From contig OX597815.1 in assembly GCA_951406725.2 (NCBI GenBank), positions 83,452,001 through 83,516,000 of the forward strand: a stretch of DNA of 64,000 nucleotides. Reading direction: 5' to 3'. The notes under the pieces were generated by a model. The model saw only the letters and a list, made by a program, of their open reading frames with translations, did no database searches and was not told the origin of the DNA. Positions 22,151 to 35,030 of the stretch are shown here, piece after piece. This DNA comes from Octopus vulgaris. Its lineage: Eukaryota. The position numbers and the translations under genes are program-made. The first letter of the stretch is position 1. Each line of letters starts with the position of its first letter.

Positions 22151-23825
22151 AAATGAAGAAAATGCTGACAAATAATTGAAGTAATTTAAGTAATTTAATT
22201 AGGTGAAAGTTCTTTTTACCGGTTGCGCATTTGTTATGCTTATCAAAATATAAAAGAGAGATTAGAGTCTGTCTCTTATATGTGAAAAAAGAGGCTCCAG
22301 AGTTGTTTGGGATTTGCTTGGTTTCGCGCCTAAAATTTTGATTGGTCATTATGAAGGGGTCACGTGAATGTTTGAATGGAAGTTGGTGTTGGGGTAAGAA
22401 AAAAGGCTCCAGAGAAGTTAAAATTTGGCTAGTGTCCCGCCTAAAATTTCTTATTGGCCATAAAAAAGAAGTCACGTGAATGTTTAGAATTTTCGAAAAT
22501 AGTGTTGTTGAAAATTCTTATTGTTCAGGCTGGTCAGTAGACGTCATGTGGATATTTTAAATAGCTTTTTAGCGCGTAGTTAGGGAGTGTATTTTCCGCT
22601 TGACTGGATAAGTAAGTTCGTTTAGAACAAGGAGAGCTGTATGTATGTATGTGTGTGCGCGCGCGCGCGTGTGTGTGTTTATATGTATGTTGGGGCGCGC
22701 GCGCGTGTATATATGTGTGTGTGTGTGGGTAAAATTTTCAATATTTATAGTTCTGCTGGCCTTGTGCCTGTATCGGGAAGCAACGCATGACTGTCCACAG
22801 ATCCCAAATAAAAATACAGGAATATAGAAAAATAGCATTTAGTGCACATATTGATACCTGTGCCGCACAACTCCATCCCAATTTTAGAATCTTTCCCCTC
22901 TACAAATTTAAAGACAATGCCACTCATACCCAGCGAATAACCATGGAATAACCTTATTAATAAATACAGACCACTTCTAAACACATGCCCCTAACACGAA
23001 CCCACAACAAACACACTTACACCTGCACACACCCTACACACACCTTTACCCAGATATTAACACCATGACACACACAAATATATGGTTCCACACATACACA
23101 TAATTGAATACGGGTGCAAAACATCCAACACTATTTTTTGGAAATGGCTGTAAATATTGACTTCACACAAATACGTTGCTTCCCGATACAGGCACAAGGC
23201 CAGCAGAACTATAAATATTGAAAATTTTACCCACACACACACACATATATACACGCGCGCGCGCCCCAACATACATATAAACACACACACGCGCGCGCGC
23301 GCGCACACACATACATACATACAGCTCTCCCTGTTCTAAACGAACTTACTTATCCAGTCAAGCGGAAAATACACTCCCTAACTACGCGCTAAAAAGCTAT
23401 TTAAAATATCCACATGACGTCTACTGACCAGCCTGAACAATAAGAATTTTCAACAACACTATTCTCCAAAATTCTAAACATTCACGTGACCTCTTTATTA
23501 TGGCCAATAAGAAATTTTAGGCGGGACACTAGCCAAATTTTAACTTCTCTGGAGCCTTTTTTCTTACCCCAACACCAACCTCCATTCAAACATTCACGTG
23601 ACCCCTTCATAATGACCAATCAAAATTTTAGGCGCGAAACCAAGCAAATCCCAAACAACTCTGGAGCCTCTTTTTTTCACATATAAGAGACATACTCTAA
23701 TCTCTCTTTTATATTTTGATAAGCATAACAAATGCGCAACCGGTAAAAAGAACTTTCACCTAATTAAATTACTTAAATTACTTCAATTATTTGTCAGCAT
23801 TTTCTTCATTTCCTTTTTTATATAT
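22140..23825. mobile_element. Penelope-like element (family D): near-identical ~645-bp inverted arms (22140-22785 / 23174-23825) around a decayed GIY-YIG-like spacer
   Basis: The arms are reverse complements with few mismatches (the ORF track shows the same MTS..WPIRNFRRDTSQ peptide on both strands). The spacer gives YSIMCMCGTIYL on -, resembling the PLE Y...C.CG..YIG motif. Confidence 0.65.
23714..23750 (+). ncRNA. Variant minimal hammerhead-like motif (U3:A8, A13C); mirror copy ~22212-22248 (-)
   Basis: tt-TTGATAA(23716-23722)-gcat aacaa atgc-GCAAC-cg-GTA-aaaag. ACCGGT is a palindromic stem III. Confidence 0.5.
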
Positions 23826-23858
23826 CACCACTCGTGTTCGACATCTCCTTTTTTTAAA

Positions 23859-24243
23859 TCTCTCTATATATAAACGGCAGTTTGTCTGTGCGTGTTTCTG
23901 TGTGTCTGTTTTCTCGTACCCTCACCCTGACCACGGCTTTCAACCGATTCTGATGAAACTTGACACACGCATAGCCCAATGTCATAATTCAAAACTAACG
24001 CAGCGAAAATTTTGAAAAGTTCCCCCAGTTCTGAAAAAAATCGATAAATTCGACATGGGGTCGAGAATAAAAAAACAAACCACAGACTGTCTAGGGGACG
24101 CAACTCAACCTTTTTTTACTCTCAAAAAAAAATTTACCATCATTTTTTTTCCATTTTTTTGCTATTTTTTGGCTATAACTCTCTAAAGATGCTTTATAGT
24201 TATTTCCCTTACAAACCTGAGCAACGCCGGGCGATACTGCTAG
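23859..24243 (+). mobile_element. Complete non-autonomous Helitron
   Basis: Starts 5'-TC after an A and ends with GC-rich subterminal gcaacgccgggcg, then CTAG followed by T. No TSD. Confidence 0.8.
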
Positions 24244-24277
24244 TATATATATATATATACACATGTATTTATGTATG

Positions 24278-24333
<56 letters not shown>

Positions 24334-24679
24334 ATATATATATATGATTGTGTGTGTGTGCGTGTGTGCATGCGTGGGTGCATGAGTACGCGCAGATGGA
24401 CACACACATATTTAAAGGCATATTTATGAGTGTGCGTTCATGTGTGTTTGTGTGTGTGTGTTTGTGTGAACAAATATTGTATTATGGGAGTATAAGTGTT
24501 TAGCTCAACACCAACTGAAAATATAAATATCCACCCAAATATTTACGTGTCTGGTAAGGTAGCTTGTGAATATTTTGTATTTTTGTCCTTTTATATTTCC
24601 TATCGCTTATTTAGTTTCATATTTGTGTATATGCATATTACGTACATAAATATGTGTGTGGGTACATATATTTATGTAC

Positions 24680-24746
<67 letters not shown>

Positions 24747-25669
24747 GGAGAGAGTGAAATAGGTAGATAGATAAATTTCTGTGTTATTAGCTGCATCTAT
24801 CAGTGTAAAAATATACCTAGTTATGTTACAATAGCAGATCATGATTTCGCCATTCTCCTGTAGTAGTATCATCTGGAATGGTGCCTAACAGCATGAAGCT
24901 ACCTGGTAATATCAAGGGATTCATACAAAATGCATATTTTCATAGAACTTCATGTATTTATCAATATCGTTAGACCTGAAGGAAAAAATTCCAAATTCGT
25001 AAAATATTTTGAAATATATAGAGAGGTCGATTTCCCTTAGTGTGTCAAGTTAGCTCTTTGCTTTTCTCATTATTTTCTTCTGATTTTCCGCGTAGAAATG
25101 CTTCATAGTTGACTTTTCCATAAGCCCAACATAATTCTTCTTTTGCAGTTTCCATGTAATGCATTCAATTTCTACTTTTCAAAGTGTTGAGAGGGATATT
25201 GTTAAGACAACAAAATCACAATGCATTGCTTCTATATAGAACACATTGCATTTCCATCTTCGGCAATCGAATAGAACTTGCATTTGTGTGGTGCATATTT
25301 CATGTTGTACTTTTATGATGCAAGCAGTTCGATTAATAAAGAACATGGAGTGTTATCTGGTCATGCACAAAGAACGTGTTTATATTGAAGCAATATAACT
25401 ACACTCGTGCATACATGTGCACATGTAAAATAAAAATAAATGAAAACAAACCCGATATCTGAAAGAAAAATCTAGAAGTGTTGAGCTTCATTTACATTGC
25501 TTTTCAGGATCTACGCTTATATATTCTTTTGTATGAATGCAATCTAGAAAACATGCGTATGTCTTGGTGAATGTTCAATGTATATATATTTCTCAGTACA
25601 TGAATGCGTTTAATATAGTGATTCTGTACGTGAGAAGCAAAGAAAAAAGTATCAGTTGCATAAAGTCGT

Positions 25670-25745
<76 letters not shown>

Positions 25746-25786
25746 GTAGGTATATATATATACATATATATATGTATATATATATG

Positions 25787-26043
25787 TAGGATCGCGGTTT
25801 CGATTCCCAGACCGGGCGTTGTGAGTGTTTATTGAGTGAAAACACCTAAAGCTCCACGAGGCTCTGCAAGGGATGGTGGTGATCCCTGCTGTACTTTTAC
25901 GCCACAACTTTCTCGCACTCTTTCTTCTGTTAGTCTGCTAGCTTAGCCAGCGGGGTGGCGTCATTTGAAGGCTAAAACTACGTGAAGCGCATTGTGACCA
26001 GTGATTTGTACCAACATCTGATAGTCTGGTCGGTCACGGTGAT
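25787..26043 (+). mobile_element. tRNA-derived SINE (5'-truncated)
   Basis: B-box-like ggtttcgattccc head remnant; GC-balanced body inserted in (TA)n. Confidence 0.6.
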
Positions 26044-26874
26044 ATATATATATATATATATAGTTTGATATATTTTCCAGTATATGTATAACGTATGCCT
26101 CTGTTATATTCTTATTTCTGTGAATATATGTATCTCAAATACGTGTTTGCGGGTATTGTAGTCTGCATGTTCGTTCGTGGGTACTTACACACGTGAAGGT
26201 TTCCGGATAACTATGTGTATGTGTGCGAGTGTCATTATAATTATGAACTAGCAAGTAGTGTGTGCGAGTGAGTGAATTACATGTAGTAATATCTACATAA
26301 TTTTGCTCTTGAATGAGTGCATATGTGCTCAGCAGAAATTTGAGAGATACACGATTCAATTCTCAGATGAGGCTTGCTGTCCACTTTTTTCTGTCCCCTA
26401 AAGATACTTACCTAATTTTCTAAGCAGTCATCACATCCATCCTGTGTTCAACAATTCAATTTTCTGTAGAATACCGACTCACTCGGCGCTTCTAAGTTTG
26501 TTTACGATACGCGCGCGCGCATGTGTGTCTTTGTCTGTTTCTGTGTGTGTGTGAATGCGGAATTTAAACCTCGTTGTCAGGTGGAAGAAATTTTTAATAA
26601 AGAATTTCTTTCACTTGAAGATATACCTTAAATTTTGCATTATTTTGAAGAACTTTTGCATTTCGCATTAATGCGGACATGTAAGTATTTATCTGTTTTT
26701 TTAAATACAATACTATAACTTATTTATATGTTTTAAAGTTACGAAACAATTTGTTGCGATATTAGAATTGTCTTATTGTTCAATATAATTTCATCAAACT
26801 ATTTCTCTGTTATTTATGATTTTATATACATATTTATATACATATACATTTATATATAAACGTATACATGTTTG

Positions 26875-26933
<59 letters not shown>

Positions 26934-27567
26934 GTGTATAAATAGTGTGTATTGCCTAGGTCCGATGATGATGTACATAATCGACTGAGCTACAGAATGC
27001 CATGATATGAATTGGACATATATTAAGCACACTATACCCATTAACCAATATAACAGTTGTTGAATGCCGAGGCATTCGCTCTAATTCAAAATATATGACA
27101 AGACGTAAGCATCCAAACTAATAGCTTATTACCTATATCAAGGTGAATTCCGTTGTGGGCGGGAAAACCTCAACGTGTATGAGAACGCAATCGCAAAACA
27201 TCAAGGTGTCAGCGACGAATTACTCATTGGCTAAGAAAGATTAACATTTATTTAAGCAATTACTCGCAGTTTATCAAGTTTTATGAAGATTGACGTTCAG
27301 GTATTATCGATCGTGAGAATGGTGAGATAGCCTACATTGAATTTTGATAAAAAAAAATAAAAATCTAAAATCTGGAGGGTTTATTCCACATATCTATGAG
27401 ATTTACAGACTGGAAAGAATATATCAACGTAAACTGAATTTAAATTAAATAATTCTACCGCGGATTAATATATCATCAAAAATATTTCCGAGCAAATCTA
27501 AGTAAATATACTTACAAATTACACGCTCCCAAAATACCGACGAACATACAAGCACTCAAACACTAGT

Positions 27568-27625
<58 letters not shown>

Positions 27626-28158
27626 ACACACACATATATATATATGTATGTATTTAGGGCATGTCCGAAGTATATCAAATAATCTATAAGACTTATTGTG
27701 ATCATATATATGTATATGTGTGTATATGTATATATGTATTTATGTGTGTATATGTATATAAACTCCCTCAGCTGTGTCTTCCGGTGTGTACAGTTCAGCA
27801 TTTTGGAATTTAATTCTATCATTTCTGACACTGATTATGTTTCACAGAGATTAAATGAAGAGCTCCGTTTTCAGTTTTAATGCGTTTTCACCGTGTGAAC
27901 TATAACCCACCTTCCACCTCTCAACATATAAAAGTAATCACTAGCAGATAAATATGTTTGCATATATCTTGTATAGATTTTGTTACATGATTATATACGT
28001 ATGCACATTCTCCAGTGTACACAAACACATACACACCCTAACACACACATGAATTTTCCTAGCACATGTAACCTACATACAGACACGAATACACAAACAT
28101 TAGATATATAAATGTATACACAGGCACACACACACATATATAAATGTATCTACATACC

Positions 28159-28199
<41 letters not shown>

Positions 28200-28326
28200 G
28201 CATATATTTTATATGTATTTCTTTATAATACATATATGGTTGTGTGTGTGTACACGTGAATTTGTGCGTGCGTGTATGTATGTGTGTATTTGTGTGTGTG
28301 CCTTATATAAATAGGTATTTTTCGAA

Positions 28327-28395
<69 letters not shown>

Positions 28396-28689
28396 CAGGT
28401 ACAAGATAATTATGCCTGAGTAAACTTCATTAACTATTTTAGACGTAAGCTAGGAATGTATATCTCAGAGACAGGAAGTGGTGTTCAGATATATTTTACT
28501 ATACTTTGTATTGATAAAACAATCCAACTGTTTATCAGTGTTTTCCCTCAATTTTCTCATGGTTATCAATCTCCCACAACTTGATATTTACGTAAATGAG
28601 TGCATCTAATGATGCTTTAATAGTTTCGGAAATAAATACAGTAATAATGATATATATATATTATTATAATATATGGTGAAATATATATG

Positions 28690-29530
28690 GTGATGCTTAA
28701 TCCTAGCATTATTTACAAAATTCCAAAGCTGTTAATTTACTCATTTGAGGTATGCCTATTCTTACCACACCCTTACCTAGCATTTATTCTAAGCATTTAT
28801 TTATACTTAGCATATCACCCGACTCTCTTTGTGTTGGGTGGAGAGCACAAATTTGCGACTCGATATAAACATAAGACTACATGTTTTAACGGGACTCGGT
28901 ACTGTCACCTCTCGGTCGTGCTCATGAATTTCCTTAAAACCTCACTGTATCTTCCACTGCAGATTGCTTCAAACCCACAGCTCAAGCAGACTGACCATCC
29001 AGCCCAGTATCGCATGCGTATTTTGAATCCTCCAGTTTCATTCCTTCCTTATAAAGCTGTAGTGTGCGCTATTGAAATGGCTCGTCTGATTCTGTCCAAT
29101 ATCCCTCACCCGACATGGATTTGCTCTCGCTTACTCTGCCACAAATATCCTTTACTATAGAACACCAGCACTGTCACGGGGCACAGCCACCTTTTGTTCA
29201 GAACAACCGATTATTTGTACACTTACAGAACAACCGATTACTCGCACACTTACAAATCTTATCTCATACTTAAAATGCATTTTCTGTCAGTCACTCACTA
29301 AATCACATTAACTTGACGACTCACATTTGACCACTTCGCAAAACACATCGCAAGGCGTCTCCTGTTCCGTTCCATTTCCTGTTTTCGATCACTCCAGATG
29401 ATATTTATTCGTGTTTGTTTAACACCTCCCCGTCGGTTACGGAGATCCTCAACTCTGTTACAAATATGAACTGATTTTTCTCCAAAATTTCGTTCTTCCC
29501 ACGTCTCAATCTCTGCATTCATTTTTTCGA
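28690..29530 (-). mobile_element. Possible decayed LINE apurinic-endonuclease region
   Basis: Unique-complexity block with weak AP-endonuclease-like remnants on the - strand; no intact frame. Confidence 0.25.
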
Positions 29531-29611
29531 CCTGCCACTATTTCTTAAATACACATACAACGGCAAGATACGCACATACAAACACACACACATTATATAT
29601 GTATATATATA

Positions 29612-29970
29612 CATCCAAGGCTTGGGCCCCGTGCCATCCGCCCAAAACAAAAATCGCACTCTCATCTCATAACAACAATACGGCAAAATTATTTCACCTC
29701 AATTGGCCCCGCTCTCTTTAACATTACACCAAAACACATTAAAACAGAAACTGACCCTATAGGGTTCAAGAAGTCTTTGGACAGATTCCTTCAAGAAATC
29801 CCGGATAAACCCCCTACACCCGGATATGTCTCTGTAAACAATAACTCTCTACTTGAGTGGGCCATAGTGCCCAAATTCTGACTTGAAAGACTTCACCAGG
29901 TGGTGCTATTAAGTTAGACATGGCCTGGGCCAGTAATGGCCGAAACCTATCAAAGTATCAAAGTATCAAA

Positions 29971-29973
<3 letters not shown>
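29612..29973 (+). mobile_element. CR1 LINE 3' fragment with (ATCAAAGT)n tail
   Basis: Open frame HPRLGPRAIRPKQK...GPALFNITPKHIK...FKKSLDRFLQEIPDKPPTPGY...NNSLLEW...*, then a 3' UTR and three octamer repeats. Confidence 0.85.
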
Positions 29974-30038
<65 letters not shown>

Positions 30039-30109
30039 TTGATTTTGATTTTTTCAGTTTCAGCTTATGAGCTGTGGCCATGCTGGGGCACCGCCATTTA
30101 GGAATGGAA

Positions 30110-30228
30110 TGCTTACGGCACCTAGGGTTCCCAAGCGGTCACCCATCTAAGTACTAACTGGGCTCGATGTTGCTTAACTTCGGTGATCGGACGAGAACCG
30201 GTGCTTTCAACGTGATATGGCCGTAAGC
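30110..30228 (-). rRNA. Full-length 5S rRNA copy, probably a retrocopy or SINE3 head (tail extends to ~30037)
   Basis: RC: GCTTACGGCCATATCACGTTGAAAGCACCGGTTCTCGTCCGATCACCGAAGTTAAGCAAC...GTTAGTACTTAGATGGGTGACCGCTTGGGAACCCTAGGTGCCGTAAGC. The termini pair, but there is no oligo-T terminator. Confidence 0.92.
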
Positions 30229-30239
30229 CATATGTATGT

Positions 30240-30455
30240 ATCTTTACTACCCAAAAGGTGCTAAACATAGAGGGGACAAACAAGGACAGACAAAGGGATT
30301 AAGTCGATTACCAGTGCGAAACTGGTACTTTATTTATCGACCCCGAGAGGATGAAAGGCAAAGTCGACCTCGGTGGAATTTGAACTCAGAACGTAACGAC
30401 AGACGAAATACCGCTAAGCATTTCGCCCGGCGCGCTAACGTTTCTGCCAACTCGC
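30240..30455 (-). mobile_element. tRNA-derived SINE with Nin/Deu-like core (family S1)
   Basis: RC has gagttcaaattc (B box) and gtcgactttgcctttcatcctctcggggtcgataaa...gtaccag; homologous to 46402-46630. Confidence 0.85.
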
Positions 30456-31458
30456 AGAATATATATATAGAAACACGTTCATATCTATCAGCAGCATTTA
30501 AGCAACACACACATTTACACAAAATGTACATGCCAAAAAGTGAACTTTCTCCCCATAGATGCAAGTACAGCATAAAAGCACATATGTAGATCGATATACA
30601 CAATGGACGTGCCAAAACACACAAGTATATCAAACAAACCTGCAAATGGCGCATTTACTCATACAGATCAGACGCAAGAATCAATTCCAGTGGTATACAC
30701 ATATATACATATGCAATTAGGAAAATACGTAAATATGCAGTAATATATAGCACTGTGTATGCATAAATTCACTCAAACATGCGCAGAAACATTTTGCTTT
30801 CGCAGTCAACCACATAGAAACGCTATATATTAAAACTACCGGAAGCAAATACACACTTAAGACGAGCTGAATCGTATGTTCAGAACTCACAACTACCTAC
30901 AACCACAAATACACGATCTATCAAACACGCGCGCGCACTCGTGCACTTACACTCCGCGAAACACAACACTCTGTCTAGAATCACTAAAACAAAGAATGCA
31001 CAAAGTAACCCGAGCGAATGAACATATATTCGTATATAAACACTAAGACAAAGACACACACACACACACACGCACGGACAACAAAAGAGCACAATCCGTA
31101 CACACACTTACATATGAGCCTTAATAGTATACAAAGCTACACACCAAGTTCAAAGTTACCACCCCTGTTGCTCTTGTGTACATGAAAACTTTTTACTTCC
31201 CCCAAAGTTCCTGTTATTTCTAACAGCCCGTTATATCTAACATTCTGTAAATTCTAACATCTTTTGCAATAGACTGAGGCGATATTTCCTTTGTTCCCTC
31301 CTTTTATCTATCATTCCCTCTGTCTAGCTTTCCGAAGATGAGCGTAAGATGGTATCGTCAAAGCCTTTTTCCCTTGAATTCCTTGTGCATATTCTTAATA
31401 TCTTCGCTTTTGTTTTCACTTAGATTTTCGTATTGCTATTGTTGCTATTGTTATCTGT

Positions 31459-31499
<41 letters not shown>

Positions 31500-32154
31500 T
31501 TTGTATTTTTGAATATTTGCATCCTTCCTCTGCGGAAGGAAGGTATTTCTAATAGAGATACAAAGCTCCATCATTGAATATATGAATGTGTGAATGCCTA
31601 TATGTACGTATGCATGTATGTATGCATGTATGTATGTATGTATGTATGTATGTTTGTATGTTTGTGTGTGTGGATGGATGGATGGAGGGATGGATGGATG
31701 GATGGATGGATGGATAGATGGATGGATGGATGGATAGATGGATGGATAGATGGATGGACGGACAGTCGCAATAGCATGTAATATCATATATATATAATTA
31801 GTGGCAGTTTATACTGAAAACATTACATATTAGGTACGTAACATCTTCAAAATGACTTACTCGTTTCTTTTACAGTATCATATTTAATCCTGTACAATAA
31901 TCCAGCAGGAAACAACTTATATTTGTTGTTTCGGCGATCAAACTTCTTCATGCAGTGAGTAATTCTGTGGATGTCGTCCTCTTTTCTAAATTATGATGAT
32001 CTTTGCAGATAGTTCATATAATTATATATATCTGTGTGTGTATGTGTATGGATGGATGGATGGGTGGGTGGATGGATGTATATATGTGTATATATATGTG
32101 TTTGTGTGTATGTCTATTTGTGTAGAATCAACCTCAGTACATATTTTTAAGCTG

Positions 32155-32272
32155 TTACCTTTGCTATCGGGCTCATATTGCCGAACCGCTAATTAGCGGG
32201 GGCATAAAGAAGCCGGCACCGGTTGTCAAATAGCGATGGGGGACCAGCACAATAACACATACTCACTCAGCC

Positions 32273-32309
<37 letters not shown>

Positions 32310-33500
32310 CATACGACGGGCTTCTTTCAGTTTCCGTGGCTCTATTCCGTCTCAATCTCAGATTTTTTAATCAATTTTTTTTAAATAAAAAGTTTGAAAC
32401 TTCGAATACTTGTAGAATTTTCCACGTAGAGCACGGTCTACTCTGAGCGTTTTTGACAAAATTCCGTATTTTAGAAGGTATTTCTTGTTAAAGTTGTCGT
32501 ATTTAGGTAAGTTCAACCGATCAACGACGTGTATTCAGTTGAAGAATGCTATTGCTGTTTGTGCGAGTAATCAAAGAGAAACAACTTCCGGGTCATCTCT
32601 ACTAAATGTCACCACTCTGTTGGAAGATTCAACACCAAGAAGGAAGAAATATTATTTACATATATTTATTCGTTTGCCCGACATCGGTGCTTTATCCACA
32701 CATAAAGCGCGCCAATGTTTAAAAGACCTATAGAGCAAGTCCGCGGCTAGCCTTTTTGTTGTTGGCGTATATGTAGTTTCAAAATGACTTATTTTACAAC
32801 TATGTGATGTATTGTTATTGTCATGATTTTATCTTACTATAATCAACAACAAACACATTTTGTCAATATGAAATACTTTATTAGATTAGAAATAACATTA
32901 CCAAAACATGAAAGTAAAACAAAACAAACAGTGGCTTATACACAGGAAAATACGGTAATTGTAGTAGCAGAGACAAGATCGATCGCTGGTTGCTAGTTGA
33001 TAGTGTAGAAGGTAGGGGAAAAGTAAGGAATGTACGGTGCTGACTAGAAAGAAAGAAAGAATAAATGTGGCATCGTCTTCACTCGCCATACGAATAGAAC
33101 AGAGTGGTAACATTTAGTAGAGATGACACGGAAATTGTTCCTCTTCGATTACTATCCCAAACAGCAGTAGCTTTCTTCAACCGAATACATGTCGTTGATT
33201 GGTTGAAATTACACAACTACGACAATTTTAACACGAAATAACTTCTAAAGTAAGAAATGTTGTCAAAAGCGTTCAGAGTAATCCGTATTCTACGTGAGAA
33301 ATTTTACCAGTATTCAAAGTTTCAAACTGGTTAGTTAAAAAAAAATTCTAATCTGTGACTGAGATAGAATAGATTCGTTTCTGTCTGTAAAATCCACTCA
33401 CAAGGTTTTGGTCGCCCCAAGGATGTAGAAGAAGTCACTTGGTTAAGGTGCCACGCAGGGAGACTCAACCCAAGATCATGTGGTTGGAAAGCAGTTTCTT
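32155..33500 (-). mobile_element. SINE family S2 split by a MITE insertion (32155-32337 and 33375-33500)
   Basis: The two halves join at cttctttcagtttccgt|...aaatccactcacaagg, which is contiguous in the copy at 49683-50002. Confidence 0.7.
32341..33373. mobile_element. MITE / non-autonomous DNA transposon with ~280-bp diverged TIRs
   Basis: 32341-32621 vs RC of 33098-33373 (tctattccgtctcaatctcaga...gtcatctctactaaatgtcaccactctgtt). Confidence 0.8.
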
Positions 33501-33970
33501 CTGACTTTTGTACTTTAATTTGTACCTTGTCGCGGCCTTACACAACAGCCTTCTTAAAGTTATGCCTCACAATGCTTCATCAAATCTACATCAAACACAC
33601 ACACAAACACACACACACACGCACACACACACACACACACTCACTCACATGTATACACAAATACATACAGATGTATATATATGTATACATATATACATAC
33701 ACACACCAACAAGCAACATTTGTAGAACATTGAAAGAAGGCTACTAACTGAAACTTTATTAAGAAATCGAAAATTAACCTTCTTCCCAACTCTATAAACA
33801 AAAATGAAAATGTAAATAATATAAGACCATCACATGGTTTCGCATCAAACGACAATCCAACAGATTCTATAGTGCCTGCCAGCCAAACTACATTACTGGC
33901 TCAAGTAACTGACCACTGTCCCCTTACTACGACTATGGAAAATGGCAGGCACAACTGCAACGATTATTGC

Positions 33971-33971
<1 letters not shown>

Positions 33972-34038
<67 letters not shown>

Positions 34039-34045
34039 CAGCACA

Positions 34046-34126
<81 letters not shown>

Positions 34127-34127
34127 C
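33972..34127. repeat. Compound (AGT)n-(AGC)n-(AGT)n microsatellite
   Basis: Directly visible; source of the poly-S/T/V ORFs. Confidence 0.95.
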
Positions 34128-34269
34128 AGCATTATATGCCAGTGAAATGTGCCCTTACTGAAATTTTCCGAGAAAAAATAACTTTGGTTTTGAAGGACTC
34201 GCTTGGGGAGAGAGTATTTTCTACCAATGTAAGTAAAAAAAAAAACACACGAGAAACAGTATTAAAAAA

Positions 34270-35030
34270 TGTGACGACTAATGCAGATGTTATCACCCAC
34301 ATCATAAGCATTTGTCCGAAAATGTCATCATCTACCGATGAGACATAGTGTTGTAGCTAGAGCACTCAATAATGAAATCCGTCGGAAGGATAATCCTGAT
34401 GACAAAGAAATGAGAACCTACAATATGGTTGAAGCGATAACCACTCATAATAAAAAGGAATAGTGGTGGAATGCAGCAGTGAATACCTCAATGAAATGCA
34501 AGCACAACAGACCTGAGATAACTGTGCACAGTTGTGGAAATTAGCGAACCAGCGGATATTAACATAAAGCTGAAGATCAGTGAAAAAGTGAACCCTTATA
34601 CTGAACTATTGATAAATATGCAGTCACTTTATCCATATTACAAGCTCAGGTTTCTACCTGTAATTATCGGGGCCCTGGAATATGTAACGCACTGCCTAAA
34701 TACCAATCTTGAGAAATTCGGCTTTTCAAATCCAGAAGGAAGAAAACTAATTCGAACACTACATATCAAATCCATCACTGCAACTGTAAGAATCTGTTAA
34801 ACTTTCCAGAAGTTTATCATTTGAATATATATGAGCAAGTCTAGATATATAACTCTATGCATGAGAATACACACATAAAACACATAAATCTCCACATTCA
34901 TACATACATACATACATACAAAAATACATTGTTGTTGATGTTGAAATTCCAATGAAGGAACTTTGAATCTAGGTTAGTAACCGACTCTTTCTATATTGGC
35001 AAGAAATTTTGAAATAAAACTGTAACAATC
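34270..35030 (+). mobile_element. R4-clade LINE 3' fragment (REL endonuclease)
   Basis: HIISICP zinc-knuckle remnant; WWNAAVNTSMKCKHNRPEI; VEISEPAD.N...EK..Y...VIIGALEYV. Confidence 0.75.

Noticed and set aside
23950-23965. CTGATGAAAC in the Helitron (also ~313-322, - strand)
   Set aside because: No stem II between CUGAUGA and GAAA, and no stems I or III.
30110-30228. Functional 5S rDNA array unit
   Set aside because: Single copy with no oligo-T terminator, fused to a LINE-type tail and flanked by retroelements.
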